64,000 nucleotides of DNA, from positions 82,336,001 to 82,400,000 of the forward strand of contig OZ024744.1 of the NCBI GenBank assembly GCA_964016885.1, given 5' to 3'. Position numbers and translations under genes: made by a program. The notes below the pieces were generated by a model, which saw only the letters and a list, made by a program, of their open reading frames with translations, had not been told where the DNA came from and made no database searches. Every line of letters begins with the position of its first letter. The stretch's first letter is position 1. Below are positions 12,905 to 26,200 of this stretch, in pieces. The stretch is from Eledone cirrhosa. Taxonomy: Eukaryota.

Positions 12905-15900
12905 ATGATTTCTTTATTAACCACAAGGGTTTACATAAAGTAGACATTAAGGACAGTGCAGGACAATAGAGGACGGTACTAATGGGCATTTCTGCGTGTA
13001 AAAAACAAAAACAGAGGATGTAACAGAAAATAACAATGAAAAATTCCCCAATAGGGGGGAGACTTAGGAGGGACATTTGTGGAGAAAGCCCAGTAAAAGG
13101 CCACAGTGACCCTGACCACCAAGGCAAGTGCCCTCTCCCAGTTTTCCACCTTTAATTTACATATACGTACTCAGAGTAGGCTCATTCACTCGGGCCATTC
13201 TTGCTTCTCTCACCCATCTTTCAACAAAATGCTGGGAAGAGAGCACTTCCATCTCTACCCTGATTTTCCTTTTCAAATGAAATTTGAAAAAGTCAATCAG
13301 GGCATCACCGAAGAGGTAAGTGCTCGTCTTCAGCCCTTTCAAACGTGTCCACCATACTATCTCTTTCGCCATGGCCTCCAGACAGATAAAAACTGCCTGC
13401 CCTTCCCGGCTAAAGGAAGCGGGCGGGGATATCCTCACGATGGACTCAGATGATAGCCAGATCCGTCCTACACGGGACAGCAGGTGTTCGACATAAACCC
13501 ACAAGTCAGCAATTTTCGGACACTGGACGAGTGCGTGCAGGACGGTTTCGTCACCCTGCGCGCATCTCGGCCATGCCCGGCTGACGGCACCTCCATGCCT
13601 GTACAGTTTATCCCGAACTGGCAAGGCTCCTCGGTAGCACTGCCAGGCCAGAGATTTCTGGAAGTTGTCCATGGGCCCTGGCCCGAAAGTTCTTCCGAAG
13701 AGATTGGCTAGTTGATTTTCGTCGACGCCTAGAGTTTCCCCAAGTACGTCGTCGCTCTTCCCCTCCATTAATCCTCTATAGAACGCCGAGGTGGAGTTTC
13801 CACCGATCACATTGCCCGATTGGTCGAGGGCTGTGAGCGCCTGAAAACATTCCAGTCTCCAGGCGCTCCGTCTCGGTCTTCGCTTGACCCAGGACTGCAG
13901 CTCCGTCAAGGAGACGAGCTGGGGAAAGACGTGTCTAGCAAACGGCGACCACACCTGATCACCGTCGAGGAAGAGGTGGAGATGTCGTAGCCTGAGCGCG
14001 TGTCTGCGCATCATCATCCACGGCATGCCCAGCCCTCCACGTAGCGGGTGTTGACAGCAGATGGACCGCCTGACCATCGGAGCGCGTCCCTTCCACAAAA
14101 AGCGAAAAAGCAAACGCTCCAGCGCAGTCAGGCGGGGCTTAGGACAAGGTACGACGGTCCGGCGGTAGCAGATGACAGACGCGATGTACGCGTTAGCCAC
14201 CTCCGCTGGACCTTTCAGGGATAGCTTACTCTCCGCCCATTTCTGGGTGAGAGAAGCCACCCTGCTCGTCACCTCGTCCCAGTTTTTATCCGTCTGGAGG
14301 TCCGGACCGAACCAGACCCCAAGCAATTTAACCGGTCCGTCCGTCCAGCGTCCGACGACGCTGTTGGACGGCATGGACCTGCCTCTCCAGGTACCGAGCT
14401 GCAGGCCCACTGACTTTTCCTGGTTGATCATTGCTCCTGTCACCGCTTCGTAGTCTCTTAGTGTAGTGCCAATCGCCTCGATGTGTTTGGTGTTCGACAC
14501 CACTACGGTGACATCGTCCGCATATGCTGACACGGATCTTCTGCATCCTAGTTTGCGCGGGACGCCCCTCAACGTCTCCAGTTTGTGCAGTAATGGCTCG
14601 AGAGTCAATACGTACAAGAGGGACGAGAGGGGACATCTTTGGCAGACCGAGCGCATGATGTTGAATGGTTCCGAAAGGTGACCGTTCACTCTCACCACAG
14701 AGCAGATGTCGCTGTGCATGGCAGCGATCCAGCCTCTGAAGACGGGCCCAAAGCCAGCCGCCCTCAGGACTGCCGCTAGGTAACGATGATCGACCCTATC
14801 GAAAGCTTTCGACTGATCTAAATTGATCAAGGACCCACCCGTGCCAGGTTCCCTAGCTACCGTCTCTACGATGTATCGCATGAGGTGGAGGTTGTCGTGG
14901 ATGGATCTGTCGCCAACCTCTTTGCTAGCACCTTGGCCAAAATCTTGAGCTCTGTGTTTAGCAGAGATTTGGGCCTAAAAGTATCTATGTTATCCCCCTT
15001 GTTCGGATCCTTTCTCAGCAGTGCCACAGCTCCTCGGCTCACAGAACTGGGAATTCTCCCGTTCTGTTGCCAGTTGCAGTAGACGTCAGCCAAGAGGCCT
15101 CCGAACAAGTATGGCATCTGTACGTAAAGTTCATAGGGCAGACCATCGAAACCAGGCGATTTACCCCTTGTGCAGCCAGTCATTGCCTCCCGTACTTCAG
15201 CGGCTGTTATCGGCTTTTCGCAACAATCCGCGTCAGTGGCCGAGAGCCGCGGCAACCGTCGAGGTAGACACTAAAGTCCATCCCTCGATCCGGCCCGCCG
15301 CTGCCCCCGAACAGCTGAGCGAAGTGTCGCTGAAAAGTTTCACACATTTGCCCGGGATCTAGTAGCATGCGCCCGTCGTGGTCCACCAAAGACCGGATCG
15401 TGGCTTGTTGCCACGACGCGCCTCGGCCACTCGGGCCCATTGAACGGCTTTCGTCCCCTCGTGTCTGAGAGCACGCACCCTAGCTCTGACAACGCAGCCT
15501 TCGTGCTTTGCATTGAAGAATTGGTCAAGGGCCAATTTAGCCGCAAGTACGTCGGTCGCGATGCCTTTGCTAAGCGCCTCGCCTAATTTTCTAACTAATT
15601 CTCCCTCTGCTCTATTTTTCTCTATTGCTAAATCCTTACTAAACCTAAGTGACTCTATTCTAATTGCTCTTTTCAGAGCAAACCACCACTTGTTGTTGAC
15701 GATGGCCTCCGTCAACGCCCGCTTAACTATTTCGCTAATCCGGTCTCTGTAGGCCTTGCGCGCTGGTAAAGACGCGTTTAGTTTCCAGTAGCCGGGTCCT
15801 CGTCTATGAAACCTATCTAAGTCAAGCACACATGTCACAAATTTGTGGTCCGTGTAGCTGACTATCTTGAATTGTGGACAGCCTTTGCTAGACCTATCTA

Positions 15901-16760
15901 TTTCCCTACAAAATACTCTATATAGATATGATCTGGATGACGCTATGCGATTTGTCCAAGTCCACATTGGCACATTCGGGAAATCCAATCGGTATCTGTC
16001 AGACAGTTCAAAACGCCTGAGCAGGTTGGTGAGGCTCTTGCACCCTCCTCTCCTATCCGCTTATCCCACACAGTCCCAGCGTGCATCTAAGATCCCGTTG
16101 CAGTTGCCCACTAACACTGAAGGGCGGGACGTTTCAAGAAAGGTCTCCAGACGCCGGAAGAAATCAGGCCGCTCTGCTCCTGTCGGGGCATAGACGGCCA
16201 CTAGCCTGAAAGCTTGCTCGTCTCCGCTGGTCACGTCTAGCACGACCAACTTACCTTCTGGGTCCAGGAATATGGCCCGTATGGCAAGATCCAAACCTCT
16301 CCGAAAAAGCACAGCAACTCCTCCCCCCCGATCCCTGACGGCTGGGAGATGCGTACACATCGTAACCGCCGAAGATCGGTGCGAAGGCCCGTGCTTCGGA
16401 GATTCTGGTCTCGCTGATGGCCACTACATCTATGTTTAGTGATCTGCGGTCGTTGAGCAGGTGGCGCTGCTTCCATGACGACCCCAAGCCACGCGCATTT
16501 ATGCTGCCTATCTGAGTGAGGTCATGTTGAAATGGAGTGGAAAAGATGGGAAAGACCACTTACCTTACTTCTCGTAGAGGAAGGATGGTTTGTCCACCCT
16601 TATCACTGCTTGTAGCCTCCTCGGGAAGGATGTCCTTATAAATCCTCCTGGAGAGTGTTTCGGAAGTCTCTGATGTCTTTGGGGAATTTTTGTTTTAGTG
16701 TCGTGTACGTTTTCTGTGTGATTCGAGTGATTTGTATGTGTGGAGGTGGTGTGAACTTCG
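12905..16760 (-). mobile_element. L1/Tx1-clade LINE (ORF1 3' end + disrupted ORF2: APE endonuclease, RT, C-terminal Cys/His motif, 3' UTR, (TTA)n tail)
   Basis: GSINARGLG..AISET (EN), SYTDHK, KSPGFDGLP, LDQSKAFDRV, AYADD, ETVLHALVQC; several frameshifts and a short deletion near 14910. Confidence 0.95.
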
Positions 16761-19215
16761 CTAACACCCTGTGGGAAAAATCTTAAACTCTGTGTTGAGC
16801 AGAGTTAAGCGCCTGAAATTGTCTAATGTGTCCCTCTTCTTCTCATCTTTCCTTATCAGCGTCACTATGCCACGGCTCACAGAACTGAGAATACTCCCGT
16901 TCTGCTACCAGCTGCAATAGAGCGCTTCGAGGAGATTTGAGAACAATTCTGGCATATTTACGTAAAGCTCGTAGGGCAGACCATCGAAACCGGGTGACTT
17001 GCGCCTCATGCAGCCGACAAGAGCATCCTGAACCTCGGCTGAAGTAATCGGCCTTTCGCAGCGCCCAGCATTGGCCGCCGAGAGTTGTGGCAATCCATCG
17101 AGGTAGGTTCTGAAGTCCGCCACCGTCTCTGACACGCCACTTCCCCCGAACAACCGAGCAAAATGTTGGCGAAAGGCCTTACACTTCCCCACCATCTATT
17201 GTTGACGACTCCCCCTGTCAACTTTTTCTTAACTAAATCGTTGACTTGGTCCCTGTAAGCCTTACGTGCCGGAAATGACATGTTTAGCTTCCAATAACCA
17301 GGTCCTAACCTACGCGTCTTATCTAGGTTGACCATACAGATCACAAACTTGTGATCTGAATAGGCGACCGTTTTTAAACGTGGACTGCATACACTATTTC
17401 TGTCTATTTTCCTAATGAATATCCTGTCTATATACGATCTAGATGACCCTATGCGGTTAGTCCAGGTACACACTGGCGCATTAGGGATATCTAGAAGGGA
17501 GGAGAGAGGCCACCCTTGACGGACCGATCGGGAGACCTGGAACGGCTCCGAGAGGTGGTCATTAATTTTGACCACCGAACAGGTGCCACTGTGCATTGCA
17601 GTGATCCAGCCGCCTTGAGGACAGTCTCCAGGTACCGATGCTTGACCTATCGAATGCTTTCGATTGATCTAAATTGATCAGTGTCCCACCGAAGCCAGGT
17701 AAACACCATACCCTCTCTATGATGTATTGCATGAGGTGGATGTTGTCGTGTATGGACCTGCTTGGGATTGCGCAATTTGCGCCTCCCCAACCAAATCCTC
17801 GACGACAAGCGCCAATCTCTTTGCTAACACCTTGGCCAAAATCTTAAACTCTGTGTTGAGCAGAGTTATGGGCCTGAAGTTGTCAAATGTATCCCTCTTG
17901 TTCTCGTCTTTCCTTATCAGCATCACTACGCCCCGGCTCACAGAACTGAGAATCCACCAGTTGCAGTAGAGCGCTTCGAGGAGATCGGAGAACAAGTCAG
18001 GCATATTTACGTAAAGCTCGTAGGGCAGGCCATCCAAATTGGGTGACTTACCCCTCATGCAGCCGACAAGGGCGTCCTGAATTTTGGCTGAAGCAATTGA
18101 CTTTTAACAGCGCTCAGCGTCGACCGTCGAGATGCGCGGCAAGCCGTCAAGGTAGGGACTGAAATCCGCTACTCTCTCTGAGCCGCCACTCTCCCCGAAC
18201 AACCGAGAAAAGTGCTGGCGAAAGGCCTCACACATCCGCTCGGAATCGCTTATCTCGTGTCCGTCTCGGTCCGCCAAAGACCGAGTTGTGGTTTTATTAC
18301 CACGTTGCGCCGCCGCCACGCGGGCCCATCGAACATCTTTGGTTCCCTCGTTTCTCAGCGCACGCCTTAGCTCTGACAATGCAACCTTCGTGTTTCGCAT
18401 TGAAGAAATGGTCTAATGCGATTCTCGCCGCTAGCACGTCAGTTGCAATGCCACTTCAAATAGCCTCGTCTAACTTATCTACCAGCTCCCCCTCCTTTCT
18501 ATTTTTCTCTAACGCTAGTTCTTTGCTGAACTCTATAGGAGTTACTCTAATCTCTCTTTTGAGAGCCCCCCTGTCAAATTTTGCTTATTTGCTTAACTAA
18601 ATTGATGACTCGGTCCCTGTAAGCTTTACGCGCCGGAAATGACATGTTCAGCTTCCAGAAACCCGGTCCCAACCTACGCGTTTTATCTAGGTCGACAATA
18701 CAGATCACAAATTTGCGATCTGAATAGGCGACCGTTTTAAAAAGTGGGCAGCCTACACTATTTCTATCTATTTTCGTAATGAAGATCCTGTCTATATACG
18801 ATCTAGATGACCCATGCGATTGGTCCATGTCCACACTGGCGGATTAGGGAAATCTAGTCGATACCTGTCAGACAGTTGGAGCTGACTGATGAGGTGCTTG
18901 AGGCTTTTGCAGCCCCCGCTCCTATCAGCTACTCCCACACAATCCCAGCGTACGTCTAAGTGCCGCTCCAGTCCCCCGCTAACAGTAAAGGGCGAGACGT
19001 ACCCAGAAAGGTTTCCAGGCGCCTAAAGAAGTCCGGTCGTCCGGCCCAGTAGGGGCGTAGATGGCCAGCAGTCTAAAGGCACCACCTTCGCTACTGCTCA
19101 CAGCCAAGACCACAATCTTACCGTCCGGGTCCCGGAAGATCGACCTTACATCGAGATCCAGTCCTTTCCTAAACAGCACTGCCACCCCATCTCTCATTCC
19201 CGGCCTGCTAACAGA
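16761..19215 (-). mobile_element. Scrambled LINE ORF2 fragments (related subfamily) with internal duplication
   Basis: EN..RT-N run (19197-17493) then a second SSRSYIDRIF..GYWKLN segment (17490-17190) and a second KSPGFDGLPYE segment (17190-16780). Confidence 0.85.
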
Positions 19216-19264
19216 TGCGAAGATCTAATACAACAGCAATAACAACACCAACTGCCGCCGCCGC

Positions 19265-19313
<49 letters not shown>

Positions 19314-19317
19314 GCTG

Positions 19318-19383
<66 letters not shown>

Positions 19384-19839
19384 GATAATTTCATTTTTAT
19401 ACAACATACACGCATATAGACACAAACGGCCCCGTTTATGTGTGTATTTTTCGAATATAAATTGAAATATAAATAACATCGCATTTTATCGACATATTTG
19501 TATATTTATTGTCCTCGAAATAAATTAAGCAGTTGTGGTTTGTGTTCATTAAAACAAATTTAAGCTCATCTCTGTTGTACCAATAAAGGTACCTCAATGA
19601 TCCTGAGACGTGTGCAGTACTGTGTTTTGGGGCGATGTAGAATTGTCTTTGTATATTAGATTATTTTTAGATATATGTTTTTGTATTTGCTTTGTTGGTT
19701 CTGCTTTGTTATGTTACTGTTTTGTATGTTGTGTAGAGCAGTCACATCAAACGGAGGGTCCCCTTAGGCCTACATGGGTCTCATATATGTTGTCTGAGGA
19801 CCACACACAACAATTAATTGCGCACATTACAACTATTTT

Positions 19840-19957
19840 TTAAAATTTCATATTACGAAGATAAAACATGCTCGCGATGTTAAAAACTTTTGTGCGGGTT
19901 GCAGGTGTGCTTGTAAAGAGCTGCATACGGCCCGTGGGTCGTATGTTTGACATGCCT
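19840..19957 (-). mobile_element. hAT (Charlie-type) DNA transposon terminus
   Basis: Minus strand CAGGCATGTCAAACATACGACCCACGGGCCGTATGC resembles Charlie-type TIR/subterminal consensus; partner end not found. Confidence 0.55.
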
Positions 19958-20386
19958 GGTGTAGAGTATGTAGAAATGTGCAACGTACGTGAATTGCGTT
20001 TATATTGTTCATTGGGTTTTGCGTATCCTATATAGTGTGTAATTAGTGTCCTATCCGGAATCACAATGTCTCCTCAGCTTCGAGTCCTGCGTTCTCAGCC
20101 AGCGTTATTGCGAGTCATCTTTATTGTATTTCCACCCTGCTCAGATTTATTCAGGTATTGGCTTAGTAATGGGTTTTCCGAGTATATCACCTTAGCATAG
20201 TATTTGTAGTCTCACATTTAGCTTAGGTTTTAATTTTCCATAATTTTTATTGTTTCTCTTCTCACTTCACTTGTACGTTTTTGGCTTCCTTAAAAATAGG
20301 AAACATCCCTTTTGTTTTATTCGTATTTTCTGGCTATTTGTATTACATTTCCTTTCACACATGCTTTTGTATTTCTATAATGGATA

Positions 20387-20720
20387 CTGTGTGAAGGCAC
20401 GTGACTTAGTGGTTATAGTGGTTGGGCTCCCCAGTCGTGAGGTTACTAGTTTGGTTTCCAGACCGAGCAGTGTATTGTGTCCTTGAGCAAGGCACTTTAT
20501 TTCAGGTTGCTTCAGTTTACTCAGCTACAAAGATAAAAAATGTGTTGCGACGTCACTGGTAGCAACGTGTATCTGCCTTTGCCTTTCCATTGGACAACAT
20601 CGGTGACATGGAGAGGGTTGACTGGTTTTCATGGGCGATTTCTGGTTTTCTACAAAAGCATATCTGCTTGGTTGTGTGTCTCTAAGAGCAAACCATGGCC
20701 ATTCATGGCCAAAGAGGGTC
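20387..20720 (+). mobile_element. Second tRNA-derived SINE family (CORE-like domain)
   Basis: Degenerate tRNA head (gtgacttagtggtt..) then TGTGTCCTTGAGCAAGGCACTT; body matches 54130-54285 (minus). Confidence 0.7.
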
Positions 20721-21560
20721 GCCTACATTGGAGACTTTATAATAATTTTCTGTTTGTATAAGGTGTCTCCACCCATGTATTCGTAGTCAATATATGTTTT
20801 CTATGACAGATTTTGCGATGCATATTCTAGATATAATAATTTCTTTCTTGTTATTTTGTCTAGTTTTGATAATTCATTTAAGGTCCAGTTATTATAATTC
20901 AACATTAAATAACCAATGTTATAACTATAACTTATTACTCGTATAACTAGAGAATTTATTTTTTTCTGTCATATTTTTGAATTTAACACGTATTTCTACA
21001 ACCTCTCTTTTATATGAGAATGTGTTTGTGTTTTGTAGTGTATCTATTGCATTGCTTTATAAATATTTATATGTTTGTATTTGGTATAATGCTATTGTCT
21101 CCTTCTTTTCTACCTGTATATTCCTTGTTTCCTTTTTTAAAATATTGAAGGTTACCTTGAAGGTTACCTGCGTTTAATGGACATAGACTTAATCTTTCAA
21201 TTCTCTGTTTTAACTGTATCAATAGAATTGTTGGCTATTTATTAATGGCGTGTTTAATGAATCTGCATATGTTTTGTTACCTTACTCATTGCTTACCCTC
21301 TTGAAGGTTACCTTGGCATATTTTCTAATCCTAGTTTCATATCATGTCCTTTAGCAGGACACTCTATACTCTGTAGGCAAATTACCTATCATCTGCAGCA
21401 GACGAATTTAGGCCTTCCATATAAAAAAGAACGTTGATATTCCGACCATGTTATTTTGTATCCGAGAATAGACAGGATCAACGTGTTAGTGAAAGCTGTT
21501 AGTACCAGATAGTAAAGGAGTAGAAACATTTATCCTTTTGGAGTAATCCTTTAATAATGG

Positions 21561-21780
21561 TTTCTTAAATAGGCACAAGGCCAGCAATTTGAGGGAGGGG
21601 AAAGTCGATTAAATCGACCCCAGTGTGTGACTGGTACTTTATTTTATCGACCCCGTAAGGATGAAAGGCAAAGTTAACCTCGGCGGGATTTGAACTCAGA
21701 TCATAAAGGGCCGTAACTCTTTGCTGAAAAGCATGGCGTTCGACCCTCTACCGATACTACCAATCCACCGCCCTTCACAG
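21561..21780 (-). mobile_element. Full-length SINE with target-site duplication
   Basis: TSD CCTTTAATAATGG at 21548-21560 and 21782-21794. Confidence 0.9.
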
Positions 21781-21860
21781 CCCTTTAATAATGGACATAG
21801 ACTTAATCTTTCAATTCTCTGTTTTAACTGTATCAACAGAATTGTTGGCTATTTATTAAT

Positions 21861-22047
21861 TGTTTCTACTTTAGGAACAAGGCCAGCAATTACCCAGTGC
21901 ATTACTGGTACTTTATTTTATCGACCCAGTAAGGATGAAAGGCAAAGTCAACCTCGGCGGGATTTGAACTCAGACCGTAAAGAGACATAACTATGCTGGA
22001 AAGCATGGCGTCCGACCCTCTACCGATACTGCCAATCCACCGCCCTT
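21861..22047 (-). mobile_element. Full-length SINE with 17-bp TSD
   Basis: TSD GTTGGCTATTTATTAAT at 21844-21860 and 22049-22065. Confidence 0.92.
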
Positions 22048-22389
22048 GGTTGGCTATTTATTAATGGCGTGTTTAATGTATCTGCATATGTTTTGTTACC
22101 TTACTCATGGCTAAACTTTTCAATATACGCGTGTAGAGAACACTATGAAAATCCTTCACCTAGTTAGTGTATGTCATGCTCAAACATTCTTTCTTCTACA
22201 AACTTCGGTTAGAATTTTGTTGACCAGCAACTGATCTTGACAGTCATAAATAACTTTGAAGCGTCCCTTCGTCTGGAAACAGTTTGTTTTTCTTTTTACA
22301 AAGGATTATATATTTTCTGCAATATTATTGAAATTATGGCTTTTAAAATTGCAGGATGGCACATTATTTCATAATATCGTAACTCTATA

Positions 22390-22548
22390 GACGCCACGTT
22401 TTGCAGTATAGTGTTACGTCCCTTTACGTTCTGAGTTCAAATCCAGTCGAGGTTAACTTTGCCTTTCATCCTTACGGGGTCGATAAAATAAAGTACCAGT
22501 AATGCACTGATATAATTGCTGGACTTGTGCCAAAATTAGAAACAATTA
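22390..22548 (+). mobile_element. SINE, slightly 5'-truncated, with TSD
   Basis: Same family; ATTATTTCATAATATCG on both sides (~22363 and ~22545). Confidence 0.85.
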
Positions 22549-23044
22549 TTTCATAATATCGCGAAATTGTGGCGATATTTAGATATCTTTCTGAAATTGC
22601 GTATATTTTTGTATATTTTTGTATATATTAAGAAATGTGTGAAAATATAGGATTAAGTTAAATTTAGGGTTAACGGTAAGTTTCTCATGTCAATGCTCAG
22701 ATTTAAATGTGTAGACTCTGTTGCGTTTTAAATATAATATATTCGAAAGGGAAGCTCTTCTCGATTTATGCACACACACACACAGACACACAGACACACA
22801 CACACACTCACACACTCACAAACACAGTCACACACACGCGCGCATCCCCCCCCCCACGCACACGTGAAACCAGACCTCTATCTGTTTCGACGGTGTTTAT
22901 TACAGTTGTTCAATCAATGGAACCTTTTACGCGTTAGATTAACCTCTACTTGGCCGAGTATTCCACTGACATATTTAGCTTAACATAATTCTGAAGCAGA
23001 TTCAGAATATGTGTGTCTGTGTGTGTGTGTGTGTGGTGTGTGTT

Positions 23045-23215
23045 GGTCTTTCGTCAGTTCCGTTCCAATGATGAGTGTTCCAGTTGTTCGATCAACGGAA
23101 GAGTCTGCTCGTGAAATTAACTTGCGTCTACAGACGCATATACCATAAACGTAGTTCTCAGGGAGATTCAACGAGTGCCGACTTTGAGTTACTTGAGTTA
23201 CAGGTATAGTTATTC
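23045..23215. mobile_element. Fragment of another interspersed repeat (SINE-like)
   Basis: gatcaacggaagagtctgctcgtgaaattaac..gtagttctcagggagattca; recalled as an abundant octopus repeat, single copy here. Confidence 0.45.
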
Positions 23216-23484
23216 AGACTTTCACACACTTTACGAAAATATAACTTCAATCTCAAGGTTGAGGATGAAGTCAATCCAAAGAATACTTACCCAAAATGTC
23301 AAGCAGTCGATCAAATGTGGAACGTCTTGATTCTGGTGTGAACCAATATTCTGCCACACAGCGTCCATATAATGGGTAAGCTATGTTTTTCTTCTTCCCA
23401 CGAAGATATTTCATATACAGACAATATGTTTACATATGACTATTACGTACAAGGGCTAGGTAAAATCTTAAGTGTATTATTATT

Positions 23485-23588
23485 AATCCCGCCGAGGTTA
23501 ACTTTGCCTTTCATCCTTCCGGGGTCGATAGAATAAAGTACCAGTAATGCATTGGGTATTTGCTGGCCTTGTGTCAAAAGTAGAAACA

Positions 23589-23592
<4 letters not shown>
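23485..23592 (+). mobile_element. 5'-truncated SINE with (TTA)n tail
   Basis: Same start point (aatcccgccgagg) as 11339 copy. Confidence 0.85.
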
Positions 23593-23625
<33 letters not shown>

Positions 23626-23645
23626 GTAGTAGTAGTAGTAGTAGT

Positions 23646-26156
23646 TGTCAGAAAGCTAGAAGAGGCGTTTAGGACAGGCATCGCAACCGACGTGCTTGCG
23701 GCAAGATTGGCACTCGATCAATTCTTCAACGCAAAACACGAAGGCTGCGTTGTCAGAGCTAGAGCACGTGCTCTGAAATAAGAGGGGACAAAAGCCGTCC
23801 AATGGGCCCGGGTGGCAGAGGCACGACGTGGCAACAAAGCCACAATACGGTCTTTGTCTGACCAAAACGGGTGCGTGTTGCTCGAACCCGAGCAGATGTG
23901 TGAAGCTTTTCAGCAGCACTTTGCTGAACTGTTCGGGAGCAGCGGTGGCCCGGATCGGGGCATGGACGTCAGTGCATACCTCGACGGACTGCCTCGGCTC
24001 TCGACGACCGCAGCACAGTGTTGCGAAAAGCCAATAACAGCCGGTAAAATACGGGAAGCGATGGCTAACTACACGAGGGGTAAATCGCCAGGTTTGGATG
24101 GTCTGCCCTACGAGCTTTATGCATTTATGCCAGACTTGATCGCTGACCTCTTGGCAGACGTCTACTGCAACTGGCAGCAGAACGGGAGCATTCCCAGTTT
24201 TATGAGCCGGGGAACGGTGGCTCTGCTGAGAAAAGACCCGAACAAGGGGATGTTATCGATAATTTCAGGACCATAACCCTGCTAAACGCAGAGTTCAAGA
24301 TTTTGGCCAAGGTGTTAGCAACGAGGTTGGCGCTTGTCGTCAAGGGTCTGGTGGGAGAGGCGCAGACATGCGCCATTCAGGACAGATCCATACACGGCAA
24401 CCTCCACCTCATGCGATACATCATAGAGAGGGTAGTTAAGGAACCTGGAACGAGTGGGGCCCTGATCAACTTGGATTTTTCCAAAGCATTCGATAGGGTC
24501 GACTATCGGTACCTGGCGGCGGTCCTCGAGGCAGCCGGTTTCGGGCCCGTTTTCAGGGGTTGGATCGCTGCGATGTACAGCGACATCTGCTCAGTTGTGA
24601 GGGTGAACGGTCACCTGTCGCAGCCGTTCAGCATCATGCGCTCAGTCCGCCAGGGTTGTCCCCTATCGTCCCTCTTGTACGTATTGGCTCGCGAGCCGTT
24701 ACTGCACAAACTGGAGGCGATGAGGGGCGTCCCACGCGAACTAGCATGCGGGAAATCCGAGTCAGCTTACGCCGACGACATCACTGTGATTGTGTCGATC
24801 ACCAGACACGTCAAGATGCTCGGCATCGCTCTCAAGGAATACGAAGCGGTGACAGGAGCAAAGATAAACCAGGAAAAGTCGGTGGGCTTGCAGCTCGGCA
24901 CCTGGAGAGGAAAGTCCATGCCGTCCGACAGCGGCGTGGGGCGTTGGACGGACAGACCGGTTAAATTGCTCGGGGTCTGGTTCGGACCGGACCTCCAGAT
25001 GGAGAAAAACTGGAACGAGGTGACGAGCAAAGTGACCTCCCTCACCCAGAAATGGGCCGAGGTGAAGCTGTCCCTGAAAGGCCGGGCGGAGGTGGCGAAT
25101 GCGTACATCGCATCCGTCATCTGCTACCGCCTCACCGTCGTCCCTTGCCCCGGCCCAACTCTCATTAAAATGGAGCGCCCCTTCTTCCGCTTTTTGTGGA
25201 AGGGACGCGCTCCCATAGTCAGACGATCCATCTGCTGTCAACACCCGTTGCGTGGAGGACTGGGCATGCCATGGCTGATGATGCGCAAACATGCGCTGAG
25301 GCAGCGACATCTCTGGTGCTTCCTTGACGGTGAACAGGTGTGGTCGCCGTTCGCCAGGCATGTTTTCCCACACCTCGTCTCCTTGACGGAGCTGCAGTCC
25401 TGGGTCAGAAAAAGACCGAGTGATAACGCTTGGAAACTGGAATGTCTCCAGGCGCTCACTGCCCTCTGCCAGCTGGGCACCAATATCGGTGGAACATCCA
25501 CCTCGGCGTACTATAGAGGACTAGTGGAGGGGAAGAGCGACGACGTAGTCGGAGAGATCCTGAACGTCGAAGAAGATATGCTGTTTGTTCTCTTCCGGAG
25601 AACTTTCAGCCCAGGGCCTATGGATAACTTCCAAAAATCCCTGGCCTGGCAGTGCTACCGGGGAGCGCTGCCGGTTCGAGATAAGCTCTACAGGCACGGA
25701 AGTGCCGTCAGCCGAGCCTGTCCGAGATGCTCGCAGAGCGACGAAACCGTCGTGGAGAGGCAAGTGCTGCCTTCTAACAAGTTTGTTGAAATGTGGGTGA
25801 ATGTAGCGAGAATGGACCGAGTGAACGGGACCACTCTGAATATACGTCTGCAGTTTGAGAAATGGAAAAATTGAGAGAGGGCGCTTGCCCTCGTGATCAG
25901 GGTGGACGTGGTCTTTTGTGTGGTTTTCGCCACGAGTAACCCTCGGAGGTTTCCCCCCTATTGGGGAATTTTTCATTGTTTCAATTTTCATTTTTATTGT
26001 TTATATATATATATGTTTCTGTCTTTTTTTCTTTTCTTATATAAATAAAAATATTTACTTGCACAAAACCCACATCGTATCGTACCGTCCTGTACCCTCA
26101 TGTGCCGTCTGTAATGTTTTTCTTGATGTCAGCCCTTGTGGCCAATAAAGAAATCA

Positions 26157-26200
<44 letters not shown>
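23646..26200 (+). mobile_element. 5'-truncated L1/Tx1 LINE (RT + 3' UTR + (TTA)n tail)
   Basis: ORFs 23812..24276 and 24303..25874 with LDFSKAFDRV, QGCPLS, YADD, CPRC; internal deletion near 25751 relative to other copies; AATAAA then (TTA)n. Confidence 0.95.

Larger units (their letters stand above)
9850..12905. repeat. Compound trinucleotide microsatellite field ((CAT)n, (AAC)n, (TAA)n, (GAT)n, (CTA)n) with embedded SINE/LINE ends
   Basis: Direct inspection; explains the homopolymeric ORFs. Confidence 0.95.

Noticed and set aside
9761-12943. Poly-I/M/N/T/L/V ORFs
   Set aside because: Trinucleotide repeats; no domain or splice structure
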